From NCBI GenBank assembly GCA_000004985.1, contig GG739272.1: a DNA stretch of 2,310 nt, one strand, 5' to 3'. The notes beneath the pieces are model-generated. The model searched no databases, was not told the DNA's origin, and was given only the letters and a program-made list of their open reading frames with translations. This document shows positions 1-2,310 of this stretch, piece by piece (the stretch's first letter is position 1; each line of letters starts with the position of its first letter). The translations under genes and the position numbers were made by a program. The DNA comes from Naegleria gruberi. Taxonomy: Eukaryota.

Positions 1-1
1 T

Positions 2-703
2 TACATTTCCAAGAGGAAACAAATTGCCATTCATACTTTTCTAAGTGAAGTATTGGAGAGGGACGATTTGTCAATCAAGTGCAATAGATGTCGTATTGAA
101 ATGGAACATTTACATGAGGTTAATGCATTCACTCTTCATCATGTCATGTATAAAGATGATGACTTTACAAAGACATTTAGGAGTACAACAAAATTCATTC
201 CCGAATTCAAAAAGTTTGGTGCTGATTGGTTCAAGAAGAATGAAAAGTTGGAAGTATTGTGTAGACCTTGTCATGGTTTGGAACATGCAAGGAATGTTGA
301 AGGTGGTTCTAATTGGCAATATTGTCATGAAAAGATGATCACCTTGATGGGAGGAAAATGTCAGGAATGTGGCCTGTCTTTTGAATCCAATTCAGAATTG
401 GGAAAGATCTTTCATGTGCATCACAAGAATAGGGATGGTGTGAAGAAGAGAGCCCAAGCAACAGAAGATATTGATGATGAAGAGAGGGAAGTAGCCCAAC
501 ATGTTAATGAGTACAAGTTAATTCTTGCAATGACTGAAGAGCAACAAGTAGAAAAGTTGAAGGAATTTGAATTGCTATGTGATGGATGCCATTATTTTGA
601 GCACATGGAAAAGCATGCAAGATCGGAAGTTATCGATTTAGGAATGAAGGAGAGAATGATGAACTTGTTGAGTTTTCAAAGAGTATTGTCTATGGAAAAA
701 TAA
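2..703 (+). CDS. Partial (5'-truncated at the window edge or by an unseen intron) CDS for a small Cys/His-rich protein with two tandem HNH / His-Me-finger nuclease-like motifs. Stop is TAA at 701-703.
   Basis: Frame 2 is open from nt 2 with no upstream stop. The track's 'M' at 53 is TTG. The first real ATG is at 101, which would delete the first CxxC. Repeat 1: C-N-R-C ... FTLHHV ... LEVLCRPCHGLEH. Repeat 2: C-Q-E-C ... IFHVHHKNRDG ... VNEY ... LLCDGCHYFEH. Both fit the CxxC / HH / N / CxxCH-x3-H architecture of HNH (pfam01844-type) domains, though the spacers are longer than usual. About 220 codons, no internal stops, codon usage consistent with the neighbouring gene. Confidence 0.6.
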   Translation, partial: YISKRKQIAIHTFLSEVLERDDLSIKCNRCRIEMEHLHEVNAFTLHHVMYKDDDFTKTFRSTTKFIPEFKKFGADWFKKNEKLEVLCRPCHGLEHARNVEGGSNWQYCHEKMITLMGGKCQECGLSFESNSELGKIFHVHHKNRDGVKKRAQATEDIDDEEREVAQHVNEYKLILAMTEEQQVEKLKEFELLCDGCHYFEHMEKHARSEVIDLGMKERMMNLLSFQRVLSMEK

Positions 704-801
704 TAAATTGTGATGATGATTTGGGACAAAGTACTGTCATACCTTGTAAAATTGTGGTAGAGTTTTCCCTCTGGTACTGCCATTTTTTTGTTGGATTTAA
801 A

Positions 802-821
802 AAAATTAAGGATCCGCAACT
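802..821 (+). repeat. Copy 3 of the core repeat, on the opposite strand relative to copies 1 and 2, in the intergenic/3'UTR region: AAAATTAAGGATCCGCAACT.
   Basis: 18 of 20 nt are identical to the AAAATTAAGGATCTGCAATT core of the intron at 1991..2046. The two T->C differences create a BamHI site and the start of an XhoI site. Confidence 0.55.
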
Positions 822-895
822 CGAGTGACTTGTTCACTACTTCAAGTATTTCCAATTACTTCATTTCCAGATATATTAGTGATATTTCCAATCAT

Positions 896-901
896 AATAA
901 A
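896..901 (+). promoter_or_regulatory. Candidate polyadenylation signal AATAAA for the plus-strand gene. An additional AATAAA sits right at the stop codon (703-708).
   Basis: Hexamer about 195 nt downstream of the stop codon, followed 45-100 nt later by a GU-rich block. Confidence 0.35.
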
Positions 902-944
902 TGATATTATTGAAGATGTCTACTCGTAGTTTGCAACATTGTTA

Positions 945-1000
945 TTATTTTGTGTTGGGTGAGGTTGTGTGCATTGAGTTGATGTTTGGTTGCATTTTTT
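945..1000 (+). promoter_or_regulatory. GU-rich downstream element candidate (TTGTTATTATTTTGTGTTGGGTGAGGTTGTGTGCATTGAGTTGATGTTTGGTTG) 3' of the AATAAA. Metazoan-style polyA site architecture.
   Basis: A strongly G+T-biased run on the plus strand, located where a cleavage-stimulating downstream element would be expected. Confidence 0.3.
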
Positions 1001-1207
1001 GTTTCAAGATTGCATCTCATTTTTAACCTGAAATTCAAGCGAAAAATCATGTACCCACTTTAGAACAGCTCATTCTCAATCATTTCTTGAATTAAAGATT
1101 GGAAAATTGAACCACATGTAGATAAACTCGTAAATGCGAGAATTTGAAAAAATAAAGTAAAAATATCAAGAAACAAAGCGAGGAATAGCAAAAGATTACC
1201 AAAAAGT

Positions 1208-1795
1208 TTATTTTTTATTCTTGAAAGGAACCTTAAATTTCTTCACAACAGCAGCAGCAACAGCAGTACCCTTAGTAATGGGTGTTTGGATTTGTTTTGG
1301 AGATTGATCAATTCTAGTGACATATCCATGAGTGAGTTCATTCCAAAATTTGCCAGATTCAGCTGGTGTTTCCTCCTTCTCTTCAAAGGCTTGCCTAATA
1401 GCATTGTAATGCTTTTTAACTCCAACGATTGACCAGTCCAACTTTACACCAATCAAAATTGGGAATTTATCTAACAAATTTCCAAGGTGGAAAAGCTTGG
1501 TCATTTTGGAAACACCTACGGAAGGGGCAAACTTGTGGAAGGCATCTTTCTTTTTCAATTGTCTGTTACTGGCAAGTTCTTTGGAAAGTTGAATGAAAAC
1601 TCGCAAGCTGATTAAATTTTTGCAATATACACTTGAATTCAATGCTTTGGAAATGTCAGTCTTTAATCTGTGGACATCACCATCAAATATTGTTCCAATT
1701 ACTTGTTCACTAGCACTAGTGATTAGATTCTGTTTCAATTTTTGTAAGGTAATCCTATTAGCTTCATCCAACTTTTGAACAGCATATTCTATTAG
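1208..1795 (-). CDS. Terminal coding exon (195 codons plus TAA stop at 1208-1210) of a multi-exon gene. Uncharacterised, likely nuclear/nucleolar protein. Sequence runs LIEYAVQKLDEANRITLQKL...KGTAVAAAVVKKFKVPFKNKK.
   Basis: Long minus-strand ORF (track 1208..1828). Its first 11 track residues (MRICNFIVPSQ, starting with TTG) are intron read-through. A 3' splice site CTCAG| lies at 1796-1797, immediately upstream, in phase with exon 2. Confidence 0.75.
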   Translation of the reverse strand, partial: LIEYAVQKLDEANRITLQKLKQNLITSASEQVIGTIFDGDVHRLKTDISKALNSSVYCKNLISLRVFIQLSKELASNRQLKKKDAFHKFAPSVGVSKMTKLFHLGNLLDKFPILIGVKLDWSIVGVKKHYNAIRQAFEEKEETPAESGKFWNELTHGYVTRIDQSPKQIQTPITKGTAVAAAVVKKFKVPFKNKK

Positions 1796-1843
1796 CTGAG
1801 AAGGAACAATAAAATTACAGATCCTCAATTTATAAATACTTAC
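1796..1843 (-). other. Spliceosomal intron (48 nt) between exon 2 and exon 3. GTAAGTATTTATAAATTGAGGATCTGTAATTTTATTGTTCCTTCTCAG.
   Basis: GTAAGT donor after AAT, and a pyrimidine-rich ...TTCCTTCTCAG acceptor. Removal joins exon 2 to the long downstream ORF in frame. Confidence 0.75.
1811..1843 (-). repeat. Copy 2 of the same repeat: GTAAGTATTTATAAATTGAGGATCTGTAATTTT.
   Basis: Direct alignment with 2014..2046 on the minus strand. Identical GTAAGTATT, AAATT, AGGATCTG and AATTTT blocks. Confidence 0.7.
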
Positions 1844-1990
1844 ATTCTTTTGCTTCTTTCCATTCTTTAAAGAGTTTCTTTTTCTCTTCTTTGATTTTGC
1901 CTTTTCCTCCTCAGAATTACTATAGGAATCATTCTCATCATGTTCATTATCGGATACATGTTCAAACTCTTCTGATAATTTATCTTGATC
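1844..1990 (-). CDS. Internal coding exon, 147 nt / 49 codons, phase 0/0: DQDKLSEEFEHVSDNEHDENDSYSNSEEEKAKSKKRKRNSLKNGKKQKN. Acidic/Ser-rich with a KKRKR basic NLS-like patch.
   Basis: Bounded by AAG|GAT at the 3' splice site (1991-1992) and AAT|GTAAGTAT at the 5' splice site (1843). Its length is a multiple of 3 and joins exon 1 and exon 3 in frame with no stops. The composition continues the acidic theme of exon 1. Confidence 0.7.
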
Positions 1991-2046
1991 CTTATTACAA
2001 TTGAAATGAATAAAAAATTGCAGATCCTTAATTTTGTAATACTTAC
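1991..2046 (-). other. Spliceosomal intron (56 nt) between exon 1 and exon 2 of the minus-strand gene. GTAAGTATTACAAAATTAAGGATCTGCAATTTTTTATTCATTTCAATTGTAATAAG.
   Basis: Canonical GTAAGT donor directly after codon GAT, and an AG acceptor. Removing it restores the frame (phase 0). Stops are present in frame inside it. Confidence 0.7.
2014..2046 (-). repeat. Copy 1 of a short dispersed repeat forming the 5' part of the intron: GTAAGTATTACAAAATTAAGGATCTGCAATTTT.
   Basis: 28 of 33 nt are identical to the 5' part of the other intron (1811..1843). Core AAAATTAAGGATCTGCAATT. Confidence 0.7.
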
Positions 2047-2154
2047 ATCATGATGGCTTTTCTCGGAAGCATCTTGTTGTTGATCATTATCATCTTCCAT
2101 TTGATCTAATATTTTCTCCTCATCATCAGAAGGTTCTGTTTCAATATCTTGTTT
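2047..2154 (-). CDS. Coding exon containing the ATG at 2100-2098 (MEDDNDQQQDASEKSHHD). The reading frame is also open upstream to a putative 3' splice site at 2155-2156 (KQDIETEPSDDEEKILDQ-MEDD...). The exon is therefore either 2047..2100 (ATG start) or 2047..2154 (internal exon).
   Basis: The real ATG at 2100 is followed by an in-frame acidic peptide ending GAT|GTAAGTAT (5' splice site at 2046). Upstream of the ATG the same frame stays open for 18 codons with the same Asp/Glu-rich composition, up to TAATAG| at 2155-2160. Confidence 0.6.
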
Positions 2155-2210
2155 CTATTATTTAAATAATATTCAATTGTATATACTTGTATTCAAATAA
2201 ATAAACAAAC
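2155..2210 (-). other. Putative 56-nt intron (GTTTGTTTATTTATTTGAATACAAGTATATACAATTGAATATTATTTAAATAATAG). Alternatively, 5'UTR if translation starts at ATG 2100.
   Basis: GT...AG boundaries, an AT-rich interior with stops in all frames, and flanking open frames in phase with similar acidic composition. Confidence 0.35.
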
Positions 2211-2310
2211 CTTAATCACTTTCGTAATTACATCATTATCTTCTTCATCATCAATTTGGATTGGATGGAGAGTACGAAATACCTTCAACTGGAATATCCA
2301 ATTGGATTCA
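2211..2310 (-). CDS. Possible further upstream coding exon (partial, runs off the window): ...ESNWIFQLKVFRTLHPIQIDDEEDNDVITKVIK, ending AAG|GTTTGT.
   Basis: There are no stops in this frame across 2211..2310. It ends with AAG followed by a GT-starting AT-rich segment (2155..2210). That segment carries stops in all frames and ends TAATAG. The acidic DDEEDND stretch matches the downstream exons. The 5' splice site GTTTGT is weaker than the GTAAGTAT used by the other two introns, so this is tentative. Confidence 0.35.

Noticed and set aside
45-338. Track ORFs 45..338 (+, 97 aa) and 110..328 (-, 72 aa) overlapping the HNH-like gene
   Set aside because: Alternative-frame or antisense ORFs inside a longer, motif-bearing ORF. 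They start on GTG/TTG, are low-complexity and Leu/Ile/Met-rich as expected for out-of-frame AT-rich DNA, and have no independent support.
53-703. Ciliate or other alternative genetic code (TAA/TAG = Gln), suggested by AT-richness
   Set aside because: Both genes end at TAA immediately followed by AT-rich non-coding sequence. All Gln residues are CAA/CAG. Reading through the TAA TAA at 701-706 quickly hits TGA (713-715 in frame) and gives no plausible extension.
810-825. Adjacent BamHI (GGATCC, 810-815) and XhoI (CTCGAG, 820-825) sites, which could suggest a cloning-vector polylinker remnant
   Set aside because: The segment is the third copy of the AAGGATCYGCAAYT repeat seen in the introns. 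The BamHI site arises from a single T->C difference within that repeat, and there is no other vector-like sequence. The chance occurrence of two common 6-cutters in 2.3 kb is not negligible.
826-845. Short inverted repeat AGTGAC-TTG-TTCACT that could form a hairpin
   Set aside because: Only a 5-6 bp stem. Not followed by a U-tract. Not meaningful in a eukaryotic 3'UTR without further evidence.
1243-1778. Track ORFs 1243..1425 (-, 60 aa with an LLLLLLLL run) and 1593..1778 (+, 61 aa) inside the terminal exon
   Set aside because: Out-of-frame or antisense to the 195-codon exon. The poly-Leu comes from reading the imperfect GCAGCAGCAACAGCAG triplet run (1250-1267) in the wrong frame. In the real frame that run encodes AVAAAVV.
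1991-2046. Shorter alternative for intron 1 ending at the first AG (GTAAGTATTACAAAATTAAG, 20 nt)
   Set aside because: 20 nt is below the workable spliceosomal intron length in almost all lineages and would break the reading frame. The 56-nt version ending ...TAATAAG keeps phase 0 and joins exon 2 cleanly.
1208-2100. Treating the window as prokaryotic (ORF track uses TTG/GTG as 'M'; searching for RBS, operons, rho-independent terminators)
   Set aside because: Clear GTAAGT...AG introns restore a continuous reading frame across three ORF fragments. AATAAA/GU-rich signals and AT-rich eukaryotic-type intergenic DNA are present, and there are no Shine-Dalgarno-like sequences or convincing hairpin-plus-T-tract terminators.
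2211-2231. Alternative 5' splice site GAT|GTAATT at 2231 instead of AAG|GTTTGT at 2210 for the putative upstream intron
   Set aside because: Both keep an open frame. AAG|GT is the better exon-end context, and the GTTTGT choice preserves the VITKVIK codons. Neither can be confirmed without transcript data, so only one low-confidence model is listed.

Overview
This 2.3 kb window is AT-rich (about two-thirds A+T) and reads as eukaryotic nuclear DNA, not prokaryotic. The minus-strand gene is interrupted by short spliceosomal introns (48-56 nt, GTAAGTAT...AG). The ORF track fragments that gene and labels TTG/GTG codons as 'M'. The window holds two convergent protein-coding genes.

(1) Plus strand, frame 2, open from the window edge to a TAA at 701-703, and intronless in this window. 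It encodes a small Cys/His-rich protein with two tandem HNH (His-Me finger) nuclease-like motifs. The first in-frame ATG (101) would cut off the first CxxC, so the true 5' end is probably upstream of the window.

(2) A minus-strand gene with at least three coding exons (2047..2100/2154, 1844..1990, 1208..1795). A probable further upstream exon runs off the window end (2211..2310). The product has an acidic, Asp/Glu/Ser-rich N-terminus, a KKRKR basic patch (NLS-like) and a roughly 195 aa C-terminal domain I cannot place in a known family.

The 504-bp region between the two stop codons (704..1207) therefore holds both 3'UTRs. It contains an AATAAA followed by a GU-rich block, which looks like a metazoan-style polyadenylation signal for the plus gene.

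The most unusual observation is a short dispersed repeat, AAAATTRAGGATCYGYAAYT. It forms the core of two different introns of the minus gene, which are about 85% identical over 33 nt including the 5' splice site. It recurs a third time, in opposite orientation, in the intergenic 3'UTR region. That pattern is what intron duplication or introner-like (intron-generating) elements would leave. Organism identity cannot be determined from the sequence. The standard genetic code appears to be in use: many CAA/CAG Gln codons, no in-frame TAA/TAG inside the coding exons.
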